Source of the DNA: an uncultured Acidobacteriota bacterium
GTDB taxonomy: Bacteria > Acidobacteriota > Thermoanaerobaculia > Multivoradales > UBA5704
Direction of reading: 5' to 3'
Assembly: GCA_963792575.1 (NCBI GenBank)
Contig: CAWBWZ010000001.1
Span: 125,555 to 189,554, forward strand
DNA: 64,000 nucleotides
Part shown: piece by piece, positions 47,280-59,120 of the stretch
Numbering within the stretch: the stretch's first letter is position 1
Layout of the letters: the number at the start of each line of letters is the position of its first letter
The notes under the pieces: model-generated
What the model was told of the DNA's origin: nothing
The model's database searches: none
What the model saw: the letters and a program-made list of their open reading frames with translations, nothing else
Program-made: the position numbers and the translations under genes

Positions 47280-47329
47280 GAGGTGCCAGTCCCTCTGTAG
47301 GGCGCGGGAGAGCGGCGGTAGAGCACCTA
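47280..47329 (+). repeat. qor 3-prime-end pseudo-copy 4 (internally deleted), distal island boundary
   Basis: GAGGTGCCAGTCCCTCTGTAGGG is followed directly by CGCGGGAGAGCGGCGGTAGAGCACCTA. The native end is CGCGGAAGAGCGGCGGCAGGGCACCTA. Confidence 0.7.
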
Positions 47330-47378
47330 TACCTTATGATGGCCGGCTTGACGCCGGCTGGCAACAAGGAGACCAACG

Positions 47379-47687
47379 ATGAAGAACTTTACGAAAGCCC
47401 TCGTCCTGCTCGCCCTCTTCGCCCTGGCCCTCTGCGCCCAGGGCATGGCTCAGACTCCGGCGGCGGCGCCCGTTCCCGCCAGCACCGCGGACTTCCTGGC
47501 GACCCTGTCAGGCGGCCAGGGCAACGTCACGAGCGATCTGCTTCCCAGCCCCATCTTCCTCTCGACACTCTGCGCCACCAACGCCGACTGCCCGACGGGG
47601 CAGCTCTGCTGCTACCCCTGCGGCATCGACGGCTGCAACCGGGTCTGCACGAAGCCGCTGCGCGGCCACTGCCCGCTGTATCCGTAG
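47379..47687 (+). CDS. small secreted Cys-rich protein with a WAP-like four-disulfide-core motif
   Basis: Signal MKNFTKALVLLALFALALCAQGMA. C-terminal CATNADCPTGQLCCYPCGIDGCNRVCTKP resembles C-x3-DCP-x3-xCC-x2-CG-x3-C-x3-C-x2-P of WAP domains. Confidence 0.6.
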   Translation: MKNFTKALVLLALFALALCAQGMAQTPAAAPVPASTADFLATLSGGQGNVTSDLLPSPIFLSTLCATNADCPTGQLCCYPCGIDGCNRVCTKPLRGHCPLYP

Positions 47688-47705
47688 AGGCCGGCCAGAT
47701 AGCAA

Positions 47706-47731
47706 AAGGGCGGGGATTCGTCCCCGCCCTT
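47706..47731 (-). terminator. intrinsic terminator of the leftward alpha-glucan locus
   Basis: AAGGGCGGGGA-ttcg-TCCCCGCCCTT (11-bp stem). The A-run on the plus side gives UUUUGCU after the stem on the minus strand. Confidence 0.7.
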
Positions 47732-47751
47732 CCCTCAGAACAGGAAACCCC

Positions 47752-48718
47752 CTACTTCTGATCCGCGGGCACGACTCCGGTGAGCTTCACCGGCTTTTTG
47801 GCGCGGGCGTCGAAGTCGGAGAGGACCTGTTCCTGGGTGCGGCCGCCCTTGGCCACGATGAGGTCGATCAGGGGCGGCTGGATGTCGGCGTTCTCGCGGC
47901 CGCCGCCGAAGCGGTCCTGCCAGCGGCCCGGGGAGACGGGGAGGATCATCAGACTCTTGTCGGCCGGATCGCGGCCCAGCTTGCGGGCGAGGTCGAAGGA
48001 CTGCAGCAGGTCGGCGCCGGTGGTGGCCACGGTGTAGGCCCAGGTGGATTTGGCCGGGCCGCCGAGGACGATGCCGGGCACGAAGAAGCTGATCTTCTGG
48101 CCGCGCACGTGGATCTGGGTGGGGAAGAAGATGCGCTCCTCGACGTCGACCGGGATCTGCTTCTTGAGCGAGTCGATCTCCGCGTCGGTGAGGCTGCTGC
48201 TCTTCTTGGCGTCCTCGTTGAGGGTCTTCAGGAGCAGCCGCTTGAGCTCGGCCTTGGCCTCGTTGGGCCGGGGCGTCAGGATGACCGCCTTCTCCCAGGC
48301 GGTCGACGGATCGACCTCGGCGTGGCGGCCGGGGAGCATGGTGAGGCCGCCGGAGCCCGCGACCCGGTCGGTGTCGATGTAGAGGTCGAGGTTCAGGTTG
48401 TAGAAGCCGAAGCGGGCGATCTTGTCGAGCTGGGTGCCGAGCTCGTCGATGGCCTCCCGGGCCGGGCGTCCGCACGGGGCGCGCGAAGGTGACCTCGAAC
48501 ATCGTGCCGTCGCCGTCCTCCCGGGCGGTCAGGGAGAGGATGTCGAGATCGCCGGGCTTCAGATCGTCGTTGTTGGGGTAGACGATCTTGCCGTCGCCAT
48601 GGTCGTCGCCCCGCGGGTCGGTGAGGGTGAAGATCTCCTTGCCGGCGCCGAAGGCGGGCGGAGCGATCAGGGAGGCGAGGAGGGTGGCGGTGAGCAGATG
48701 GGAACGGCTGAATCGCAT
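47752..48718 (-). pseudogene. secreted glucodextranase-C-terminal-like (DPxGDDxG...YP family) protein, one frameshift
   Basis: The N-terminus with signal peptide and TDPRGDDHGDGKIVYP is in track ORF 47735..48718. The rest (AIDELGTQL... to ...VVPADQK) is in the frame of ORF 47752..48339. The switch is near 48457. It is a paralog of 51069..51890. Confidence 0.7.
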
Positions 48719-48803
48719 TGTTTCTCCAAAAAGCGCGTCTCCAGGATATCCGATCCTAAAACGCGGGGGCGACCCCAGAGGGCCGCCCCCGCGAAGATTT
48801 CCT

Positions 48804-51034
48804 TCAGCCTTCTAGAACCGGACCTTCATGAACACCTTGAGGCGGTTCTGTTTGAAGTCCCGCTTGATCAGGCTGTTCCAGCCGCCGAAGCGGCCCTTGA
48901 AGCCGGGGGAGCCGACCGGCACGCCGTAGTCGCGGGCGATCCCGGCGTCGGCGTACTGGGTCACGAAGCCGCCGCCGAAGTCGGGGTCGAAGGTGCCCCA
49001 GTTGTACTCGTAGTTGGCGCCGAACTCGGCCCCGCCGAAGGTGTAGTGCGCGTAGAGGATCAGCTTGTTCTTGTCGTTCTGCCCTGACGCCATGCTGTGG
49101 AGCTGATAGGCCTGGAAGGCGGTGTTGCCGTCCTTCAGGTCGACGTTGTAGCGCTCGTAGGTCAGCGAGCTGTAGAGGTTGCCGGTGAGCTGGTAGCCGG
49201 CGCCGAGCTGGTAACAGCTTGTAGTCGAGGTCGCGGTCGTCGTCCGAGAGGCTGTCGAACGGCTTCCACTGGTAGCCGGTGACGCCGTTGACGGTGATCA
49301 CCGGCGGGTTGCCGTAGAGGTCGGCGGTGGAGTTGCCCGGCGCGTAGTAGTTCTGGGCGTGGTTGTGGCACGCCACGCCGCCGCCCGGGCAGTCGCCCGG
49401 CCTGGTAGGGCAGGAAGCGCGAATCGTTCATCCGCTTGTCGGTCTCGTCGATCAGCTTGATCTTGCCGAAGACGTCGACGCCCTTGCCGACGTTGAGCAG
49501 GTACTTGCCGCGCAGGATGGCGATGTCGGTCTTCTTGTCCTGGAACGGCGCGTAGGCGTTGCGGAAGGAGCCGACGCCGGCGTCGGACTCGAAGTTCGGG
49601 TAGATCGAATCGGTGATGCCGGCGGCTGGTGTCGCCCCAGGCCTGCCAGTTGGTGTTGTAGTCGATGTGGGAGTACTCGCCCGAGAGGTCGAGGTCGCCG
49701 ATCGTCCAGTTGGGAGCGACGGTGATGCCCTTCCAGCCGATGACGGTCTCGGCCATCGGCTCCTCGAAGTCGGTGAACTCGTTGTCGACGTTGATCGTCG
49801 CCACCTGCTGCGCCGGGCCCTCCCAGCCGCCGTAGCCGATGCGGGTGGGGTTGCCGGCGAAGACGCCGAAGGCGGAGTTGTCCGGGCCGGGGAAGACGAA
49901 GGCGCCGTCGTGCCCCTCGGTCAGCAGCACGTCCGACCTCGCGGCGGGCCGCCAGGATCGAGACTGTACTGGGCGCCGATGTTGAAGTACTCGACGTTGA
50001 AGGAGAGGCCGATGCCGAACGGATCGTTGAGGTCGACGTTGGCCTTGTAGAGCGGGTCGCTGACCTTGCCGGCCAGCGCCGGCGAGAAGCCCGACAGGCC
50101 GAAGCCGGTGGGGGTGCCGAACTTCGGGTTGGACTCGGCCTTCGAGTAGTAGTAGAGGCCGCGGAAGTCGAACTTCGAGCTCGGATGGATGCCGAACTTG
50201 CCGCCGTAGACGTCGTTCTTGAAGCGGGAATCGAGGCTGCGGCCATTGTCCACGCCGTTGTTGCCGGTGTCCTTGGCGCTGACCTCGACGTCGCGGACGC
50301 GATCGTAGATGCCGACGGCGTCGAAGAACGAGCTCGGCGTGAACTTGAGCTGCAGGCCGTAGGCGCCGTCCTGGCCGGCGTAGTCGCCGGTGTTGAAGTT
50401 CGGGCCGGCAAACAGGCGCGGCAGCGAGACGCGGATCAGGTCGTAGGTCAGCTGGCGGCTGCCCAGCGGCGCCCTGGAAGAGGATGGCCTTGGCGTTGTC
50501 GCGGTCGATGTAGCGGATCTTGCCGATCGTGAACGGATCGAACATGCCGAGGTCGGAGGAGCCGATGGTGGCGGCGTCCAGCCACTTGAAGCCCGGGGTG
50601 AAGCGGGCGGTCAGGCCGCGCATCTTGATGTATTCGTTGGAGCGCGGATCGAACTCGCCGCAGTCGCCGCCGACGCAATCGCCGCCCGGCGGGTTCTCCA
50701 GCGCCGGGTTGCGGCCGCCGAAGCCGGCGTAGTTGGTCCACTGGTTCTGGTTGAAGCGCGATTGCAGCCGGCCGGTCACCTCGATGTTCTTCGAGGGGTG
50801 GGAGGAGATCAGCAGATCGATCTCCGTGCCCTGGCCGTTGTCGCCGTACCCCTCGCCGGGGACGGTGGTGAAGTTGTAGACGCTGCCGTCGGTGTGCTGG
50901 TTGCCCCACAGCCACTTGGTGTAGTCCTCGCCGGTGATGATCATCGTCTGGCCGTCCACGGCGAGCGCCGGCATCGAAGCCAGCGCCGCCGCGGAGGCGA
51001 GCAGACCGATCGCAAAGCCCCTGGAAAATCTCAT
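48804..51034 (-). pseudogene. outer-membrane beta-barrel (porin-like) protein, about five frameshifts
   Basis: Signal MRFSRGFAIGLLASAAALASMPALA. Gly/Tyr/Asn/Asp-rich strand-like sequence. C-terminus ...NRLKVFMKVRF. Coding pieces lie in track ORFs 49298..51034, 49921..50253, 49162..49431, 48804..49376 and 48812..49093. Confidence 0.65.
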
Positions 51035-51068
51035 ATCAGTTCCTCTCCTCCGGATGGAGTTGGATGGT

Positions 51069-51890
51069 TTACTTCTTGGCGGAAACCATCTTGAGGGCGG
51101 CGCCCGACTTGCGCGTGCCGTCCGGGTTGCACTCGTACTTCAGCATGTCGTGCTGCATCTGGACCTCGTCGGCCGCGCCGGTGCCGTTGCCGGCCAGGAT
51201 GTCGATCACGTGCGGATCGCAATCGCTGTCGGTGCCGCCGCCGAAGCGGTGCTGGCCCTCATACTCGTTGACCTTGCGGGTGAGCAGGTCCTTGCCGTCG
51301 GGGAACCCCTCGTTGGACTGCACGAGGACCTGGTAGCCCCACTGCGAGGGGTCGCCGCCGCCGAGCTGGTCGAGGTCCACCGAGCCGGTGATCGTCCGGC
51401 CGGCGCCCTTGACGCGGGTCGGGATGACCACCGCTCCGCCCTGCGCCGCGGCCATCTTGGCGTCCACCTCGGACTTCACCTTGCCGGGCCCCTGCGGCGA
51501 AAGGATCACCATCTTGTTCCACTCATTGCCGTCGGCGAAGGTGACGTTGGTGCCCGGAGGGCCGTCCTTGAAGCCCCCCTCGGCGCCGGTGCGGATGGCG
51601 ATGAACACCATCTGCACCGAGAAGCCGCCGCCCATCCGCCAGGGGTCCTCGAGGGCGGTGTTGAAGGTGACGGCGAAGTCCACCTTCTTGCCGCTGACCT
51701 TGACGTCGAAGGCGGTCATGTCGAACGAGCCGCGCTTGTAGACGCCGTCGGTCGGGTAGGTGTAGCTGCCCGGACCGTTGTCGTCGTTGGCGGGATCCTT
51801 GAACGAAACGCCGCTCTGGGCGAGCGCGGAGCCGGCGATCAGCAGGCCGGCCGCGGCCGCGGCACCCATTTTCCAGAAATTCTTGGACAT
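51069..51890 (-). CDS. secreted glucodextranase-C-terminal-like carbohydrate-binding protein
   Basis: 273 aa at the end of the artefactual 1030-aa track ORF. AAGGAGG RBS. Signal MSKNFWKMGAAAAAGLLIAGSALA. Motif KDPANDDNGPGSYTYP. Confidence 0.75.
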   Translation of the reverse strand: MSKNFWKMGAAAAAGLLIAGSALAQSGVSFKDPANDDNGPGSYTYPTDGVYKRGSFDMTAFDVKVSGKKVDFAVTFNTALEDPWRMGGGFSVQMVFIAIRTGAEGGFKDGPPGTNVTFADGNEWNKMVILSPQGPGKVKSEVDAKMAAAQGGAVVIPTRVKGAGRTITGSVDLDQLGGGDPSQWGYQVLVQSNEGFPDGKDLLTRKVNEYEGQHRFGGGTDSDCDPHVIDILAGNGTGAADEVQMQHDMLKYECNPDGTRKSGAALKMVSAKK

Positions 51891-51916
51891 ACGTAGACCT
51901 CCTTGTTGGTGGGCCT

Positions 51917-52799
51917 TCAGCCCTTGACTGCGCCGGCCGTAAGACCGGAAACCAGATATTTTTGCAGGAACAGGAAGAGCGCCATCACCGGGATGGCGGC
52001 GATGATCGAGCCGGCCGCGAAGTACCCCCACTGCTGGGAGAAGCCGCCGACGAAGAAGCGCAGCCCCACCGGGGCCGTGTACATGTCCTCGCTGGTTCAT
52101 GAAGGTGGCGGCCTGGATGAACTCGTTCCAGCCGGTCATGAACGAGAACAGCGCGGTCACCGCCACGGCGGGCTTGGCCAGCGGCAGGATGATGCGGAAG
52201 AAGATCGTCGCCTGCGAGGCGCCGTCGATCAGCGCCGACTCCTCGAGCTCCTTGGGGATGGTGTCGAAATAACCTTTCATCATCCAGACGCAGAAGGGGA
52301 TCGCGGTCACCGTATAGATCAGCACCAGGCCGGTGAAAGTCGAGCCCAGCCCCAGCCACTGGACGATGATGATGTAGAGCGGGATCAGCATCAGGGTGCC
52401 GGGGAACATCTGCGACACCAGGAAGGCCATCAGCCCCGCCCGCCGGCCGGGGAAGCGGAAGCGCGAGAAGGCGTAGGCCGCGGTGCAGGCGAGGAAGACG
52501 CCGAGGACCGTCGTCAGCCCCGCCACCAGGACGCTGTTGAGCAGCCAGCGCCCGAACGGCTGGTCGGCGAACAGCGAGCGGAAGTTGTCGATCGACAGGT
52601 GCGAGGGCCAGGGGATGACGGCGCGCAGCCGGTCGATGGCGCCGGCGTTCGACGGCACGTCGGCGATCGCCAGGCTCTGTCCGCCGGAGAAGGCGATGGT
52701 CAGCACCCACAGAATCGGGTAGACGGTGATCAGCACCATGATCAGCACGAAGATGTGGAGCGGCCAGTGGGCCGGCTCGTCGCTGCGTCTCGATCTCAT
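51917..52799 (-). pseudogene. sugar ABC transporter permease (MalG-like), one frameshift
   Basis: EAA-loop region ELEESALIDGASQATIFFRIILPLAKPA. The frame breaks after ...ATFMNQ (about 52090) and resumes as DMYTAPVGLRFF...LTAGAVKG. The start overlaps the stop of the upstream permease gene (ATGA). Confidence 0.85.
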
Positions 52800-54161
52800 C
52801 CGATCGCCTCCGTCGCGCCGGTCACCCGGTTCTGCCAGGTGCCGTAGGCGAACAGGATCAGGAAAATGATGGCCGAGTAAGCGGCCGCGTAGCCGTAGCG
52901 GTACTGCTCGAACGCCAGCTTGTACGACTGCGTGATCAGGATCTCGGTCGAGTGCCCGGCGGTCGCCGGCGGAGACCAGATAGATCACGTTGAACTGATT
53001 GAAGGTCCAGATCACCGACAGGATGATCGCCGGCACCAGCGCGGGCTTGAGCGACGGCAGGGTGATCGAGCGGAACTGCTGCCAGCGCGTGGCGCCGTCC
53101 ACCCGCGCCGCCTCGTAGAGATCGGCCGGGATCGACTGCAGGGCGCCCAGCGAGATCACCATCATGAACGGGAAGGAGAGCCAGCCGTTGGTGGTCAGCA
53201 CCGCCAGGAACGAGGTGAACGGGTGATCGAACCAGGCGACCTCGGGGATTCCGGCGATCTGGAGGATCTGGTTGATCACGCCGAACTGCCGGTGGAACAT
53301 GCCCTTGAAGATCAGCGCCGTGATGTAGTTGGGCATCGCCCAGGGGAGGATCAGCAGCACCCGGTAGAGCGGCCGCAGGGCGAAACCCTTGAGATTCAGG
53401 GTCAGCGCCAGGGCGAGCCCGAGCGTGACGCCGATCGCCACGTTGGCCACCGTCCAGACGATGGTGAACAGCAGCGTGTAATAGAAATTCTGATAGTCCC
53501 AGGCGACCCCCGCCGCCGTGCGGTGCACGATGTGGAAGTCGCTGATGATGTCGAGGTAGTTCTGGAGCCCGACCCAGGTCTCGAAGATCGTCTTGTCGGT
53601 GTTGTAGATGTTGGCGTTGGTGAACGACAGGGCGATGCCGTAGAAGAACGGGAAGAAGACCAGGATCAGCATGCCGATCATCGCCGGCAGGACATAGGCG
53701 TAGGCTGTGCGGTACTCGACGAGGGCGGCGCCGGTGCGCGCCGCCCAGCCCAGCCCGACGAAGGCGAGCAGGACGAGCGAGAGCAGGGCGAGCAGGACCA
53801 CCGAGCGGGTCATCCGCCCGGCGTCGACCTGGACGAGCTCGCCGAGCTTCCCCTCGTCGAGAGCGCCGGAGGCGCCGATCAGCCCGCGCGACTGGCGGTA
53901 GAGGTCGACGTCCCAGAGCGTCGGCGCCAGCGGCTGGCCGGCGGGGATCGACTGCCGCGCCAGGAGCGCCTCCGCCTTCTTCGACTCCTCGCCGATCTGG
54001 GCGGCCACCGCCTGGGCCGAGACCCGGCGCTCGGCTTTCAGCACACTGACGGCGAAGCGTCCGTAGAAGAAGAGGGAGAGGATCAGCAGGAGGGCCGCGG
54101 CCGCCGCCAGCAGCCACCGCCGTTCACCGAGGACGAACGAGAGCAGGACCAGGGCGATCAC
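52796..54161 (-). pseudogene. sugar ABC transporter permease (MalF-like), frameshifted near its 3-prime end
   Basis: LYEAARVDGATRWQQFRSITLPSLKPA EAA loop. The frame breaks after ...FNVIYLVS (about 52960) and resumes as HSTEILITQSYKLAFEQYRYGYAAA... Confidence 0.85.
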
Positions 54162-54900
54162 CGGCGCCAGCCAGAAGCAGACGAATGGCAGAAAGATGAA
54201 GGTGGGGGGCTCGACGGGTAGCCCGGGTCTCCATCTGCACCATGCCGATCACCTCGCCGCCGCGCTCCACCGGCGCCCCCAGCGCGAGCACGCCGTCCGC
54301 CTGCCGCTCGAAGCCGAGCTCGGGCGCGCGGGCGGCTCCCTCGGCTCCCTGGCGGTTGCTCTCGACGTTGGCGCGCAGCTTCTGGCCGAGATCGTAGAGC
54401 GGCTTCTCGTCGCGCTCCAGCCGCCGCGGCGCCGCCTTGGCGCCCTGGTCGGCCGCGGAGGTCGAGGCGGCGAGCATGATGCCCTCGAATTCGACCACCC
54501 GGATGGCGGCCACTTCGGGGTGGTCGGCGGCGAAGCCTTCCACCGCCTTGCGGATGGCGCCAGCCTCGGCGTCGGTGGGCGCCTGGGCTTGCCCCTGCTC
54601 GGCCGCCGCGATCTCGGCCCCCAGCCCCATGCCGCCTTCGGCGGGCGTTTCAGCAGGAGCGGCCGGCGCCGCCTCCTGGACGCTGCCGCCGCTCGCCCGG
54701 TCGACGACGGCGGCGAGGGCGGAGAGAGTGACCAGGGCGCGGCGCTCGGCGCTCTCGCGGCGCTCGGCCGTCTGCGCTCCGGCGAGGAGCATCGCCCCGA
54801 GCCCCACCGCGAGCAGGGCGGCGAGGGCGAGGCCGATCAGGAACCGCCGCCGGTGCGAGGCGGGGCGAGCTTCACGCCGATCGGAGCTTTCACTGGCCAT
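54124..54900 (-). CDS. membrane-anchored hypothetical protein, possibly the N-terminal extension of the MalF-like permease
   Basis: One TM (FLIGLALAALLAVGLGAMLL), then an Ala/Glu-rich domain. It would join the permease frame by a 1-nt shift in the C-run near 54205. Confidence 0.4.
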   Translation of the reverse strand: MASESSDRREARPASHRRRFLIGLALAALLAVGLGAMLLAGAQTAERRESAERRALVTLSALAAVVDRASGGSVQEAAPAAPAETPAEGGMGLGAEIAAAEQGQAQAPTDAEAGAIRKAVEGFAADHPEVAAIRVVEFEGIMLAASTSAADQGAKAAPRRLERDEKPLYDLGQKLRANVESNRQGAEGAARAPELGFERQADGVLALGAPVERGGEVIGMVQMETRATRRAPHLHLSAIRLLLAGAGDRPGPALVRPR

Positions 54901-54927
54901 GGCGGTTCTCCCGGGCTAATTCTTCGG

Positions 54928-56152
54928 CTACTTCTTCAACAGGCTGGCGATGCGTTCCAGCACTTCCTTCTGCGCCTGGTCCAGCGCGGCCTTGGGCGTC
55001 GACCGCCTTCTTGACGATGGTGTTCATCGCCGTCGTCGCCGGCGACCAGACCATCGACATCTCGGGCAGGTTGGGCATCGGCACGGCGACGTCGACCTGC
55101 TGGCGGAAGGCCTTGAGGATCGGGTCGGCCGCCACCTGCGGGTCGGCGTAGACCCCCTTGTTGGCCGGGCGTCTGCCGCCCCTCGAGGGCCAGCACCTTG
55201 GCGGCCGGCACGTCGGTCAGGTACTTGAGCAGCTCGTAGGCGGCGTCCTTGTTCTTCGACGGCGCGGCCACGTAGACCCCCTCGACGGTGATCCACGGCC
55301 GCATCGGCTTGTTGCCGGCCTCGCGAGATCGTGGGCAGCGGCGCCAGGCCGTAGTCGATCGCCCTTGGCGATCTCGCCGAGGAACCAGGGGCCGGAGAAG
55401 ACCATCGCCGCCTTCCCCTCGTTGAACAGCGAGGTGATCAGCGCCGTCGACGGCTCGGCCGGCATGAAGCCCCTGGTTGATCCACTTCAGCAGGTAGTCG
55501 AGCGAGGCTGACGTTCTGCGGCGAGTTGAGCGTCGGCTTGCGGCCGGCGAAGACGCCGCCGCCGAAGCCGTTCATCAGCGCCGCGTGGTAGTAGAAGTCG
55601 GAGTACGCAGTAGGCCAGGCCGAACTTGCCGGCCGGGGCGTTGGTGAGCTTCTTCGCCATCGCCTGCCAGCTCCGCCGTGGTCTTCGGCGGCACCGGCAC
55701 CAGCTTCTTGTTGTAGATCAGGGTGATGACCTTGAAGTTCGAGCGGGAGCCCGTAGGTGTTCCCCTGGTAGGTCATCGCGTCGCAGGGTGGCCTTGAGAT
55801 AGCGCCCCTTGGTCGGCGCGTCGAGGAAGAAGTCGAGCGGCTCGACGGTGTTGCCCGCCGCCACCCAGCCGCCGAGGCGGTCCTGGGCGAAGATGAAGAC
55901 GTCCGGCCCCTTGCCGCGCGGCACCGCCGCCGTGATCTTGTCGGCGAAGGCGTCGTAGGGGACGGCGAGGGTCGTGACCTTGATCTTGCCGGCGTTGGCC
56001 TTGTTGAAGTTGTCGACCACCTTCTCAAAGGCGGCCTTCTCGCCGCCGCGGTAGCCGTGCCAGACCACGATCTCTTTCTGCGCCAGGGCGGCGAGGGGGA
56101 AGGCGAGCAGCAGCGCCAGCGCCAGGGTGCCGCGAACGAGTTTGGTTTTCAT
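54928..56152 (-). pseudogene. extracellular solute-binding protein (MalE-like), many frameshifts
   Basis: Signal MKTKLVRGTLALALLLAFPLAALA, then KEIVVWHGYRGGEKAAFEKVVDNFNKAN... Later pieces (DAMTYQGNTYGLP, YSDFYYHAALMNGFGGGVF, MRPWITVEGVYVAAPSKNKDAAYELLKYL, ADPILKAFRQQV..PNLPEMSMVW, QKEVLERIASLLKK) lie in different frames. Confidence 0.8.
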
Positions 56153-56186
56153 GCCGGTTCTCCTTGGTGGAAGCAGGTCCCGAGGC

Positions 56187-57288
<1,102 letters not shown>

Positions 57289-57314
57289 GCTTAGAACCCC
57301 TTCTCCGACAACAG

Positions 57315-58876
57315 CTACTTGACCGCGAAGATCCGTTGCCCTCTTCGGCGCCACCGACGGCGCGAAACCTTGCCGCCGTCCGTGGCCACGGCCTGCACCC
57401 GTCCAGACGTCGCGCACCGGAGCGGCCCCCCACTCCGCCGGCGCGTCGAAGCTCGCCGTCGCCGGCGCGCTCCCGCGGTTGATCGCCACCACGACGGCGT
57501 CGTGGCTCGCCGCGTCCCGCTGCAGGAAGACCAGCAGGTCGCCGTCCGTCGACAGCCCTGAATGCAAACCGCGCGAGAAGGCCGGGTGGGCGCGGCGGAT
57601 GGCGATCAGTTTCTTGTAATCGGCCCGCAGGGCCTCGTCGCGCGGCTTGCCGGCTCCGGGGAGGATCTTGCGGTCCCCCCACGGCATGTCGCTGCGGTTG
57701 TCCGGCCAGTCGCCGCCGGGGCGCCCGACCTCCTCGCCGTAATAGATCATCGGGATCCCGCCGGCGGTCAGCTCGAGCAGCGCCGCCAGGCGGAACAGCT
57801 CCTTGTCGCCGTTGAGCTGGAAGAGCGCCCCCGGCACGTCGTGCGAGGAGAGGTAGGGGGAGAGCAGGTGGCCGGCGCGCACCTTCTCGCGCGACTGGAG
57901 ATAGCGGTCGAAGGCCACCGTGCGACCGCGCCCCTGGACCCAGCCAAGCGCGTTCCCCTGGAAGGAGAAGTCGAAACCGGCGTCCATCTCGTCGTCCGCG
58001 AACCAGGGGTCGAGCACCTGCGCGTCGCCGCCCCAGACCTCGCCGATCAGGAAGAAGTCCTGGCCGAGCTCGGCGCGGGTGCGCCGCCGGTGCTCCTTCC
58101 AGACGTCGTGCTGGACGTGCTTGACCGTGTCGAGCCGGAAGCCGTCCACCCCCACCCGCTTGGCGAGGCCGAGCTGGGCGTTCAGCAGATAGTCGCGCGA
58201 CCTCGGGGAGCTCGGTCTTGAAGTCGGGGAGGCCGGAGACGCAGGTGGTCACGTCGTCCTGGCCGCAGGTGCTCGGCGCCGACGCGGAACCAGCCCCTTG
58301 GTGCGCGGGTCGTCGAGCATCCTGCGAGTCGTAGCCGGCGTGGTTGTAGACCACGTCGAGCAGCACCTTCATGCCGCGGGCGTGCGCCTCGTCCACCAGG
58401 GTCTTGAGCTCCGCCTCGGTGCCGAAGCGGGGGTCGAGCCGCTGGAAGTCGTCCCCCCAGTAGCCGTGGTACCCCCAGTCGGGGAAGCCGGCGCCGGTGA
58501 CGAAGCCGTCGATGTTCTTGACCACCGGCGTGATCCAGAGCGCCGTCGCGCCGAGGTCGGCGATCTCGTCGAGGTGTTGGGTCAGCCCCTTGAGGTCGCC
58601 GCCGTGGAAGGTCCCCTTGGCGTTGCGGTCGACGTCCCGGTCGTTGCCGGGGTCGCCGTCGGCGAAGCGGTCGGTGACGACGAAGTAGAGGACGGCGTCG
58701 CGCCAGCTCTCCTGGGGAGTGACCGAGACGCGGGCCGGTGGGCTGGATGGGGAAGGAGGAGCCGCTCCGGAGGTCTGGGGCGCCGGAGCGCCGCTACAGG
58801 AGACGAGGAGGATTGTGGCAGTCGCCGCCAGCGAACGGCGGAAGAATCGACCCGGCTCCGCGACGAGAGACCACAA
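57315..58876 (-). pseudogene. GH13 alpha-amylase-family lipoprotein, at least four frameshifts
   Basis: Lipobox ILLVSC. GH13 regions [21 protein letters not shown] and YLSSHD. The body is split between track ORFs 57200..58876 and 56692..58155. Inferred stop TAG at 57315..57317. Confidence 0.85.
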
Positions 58877-59120
58877 ATGGAAAATCCCTCCAGGCGTTCT
58901 TTTTCTGACCCTGACGAGCGGCGATTCTAAGAAGTGGTGACAAACCTGTCAATCTATCGTGACGTGAGAGAAAACCCCACGTTTCCAGGATGATACGCCA
59001 ATTCCGCCGCGCTGTCCGGCGAATGCCTGTAAACGTTACCACCTGGGGCGGTCCCGCTGCCCTGTCCAGGTCGCTGGCGTGCGGAGCGGTCGGAAAATTC
59101 GCGCGGTGTGGCAGCTGGTT

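Larger units (their letters stand above)
43748..47329. mobile_element. lower-GC insertion island at the qor 3-prime end, subdivided into three cassettes by pseudo-copies of the qor end (no recombinase gene visible)
   Basis: Bounded by the native qor stop and by a truncated qor-end copy at 47303..47329. Internal copies at 44374..44529 and 45556..45687. Composition is markedly more AT-rich than the flanks. Confidence 0.5.

Noticed and set aside
43592-47329. The possibility that the repeated qor-end units are a CRISPR array or simple tandem duplication
   Set aside because: The repeats are 50-180 nt, diverged (~92 percent or less) and derived from coding sequence. The intervening units are 0.6-1.6 kb and carry genes. 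No cas genes are present.
51069-54161. A 1030-aa ORF that looks like one giant protein
   Set aside because: It is a run-through of three genes (MalF-like, MalG-like, glucodextranase-C-like) joined by frameshifted stretches. Each part has its own start, RBS or stop in the correct frame.
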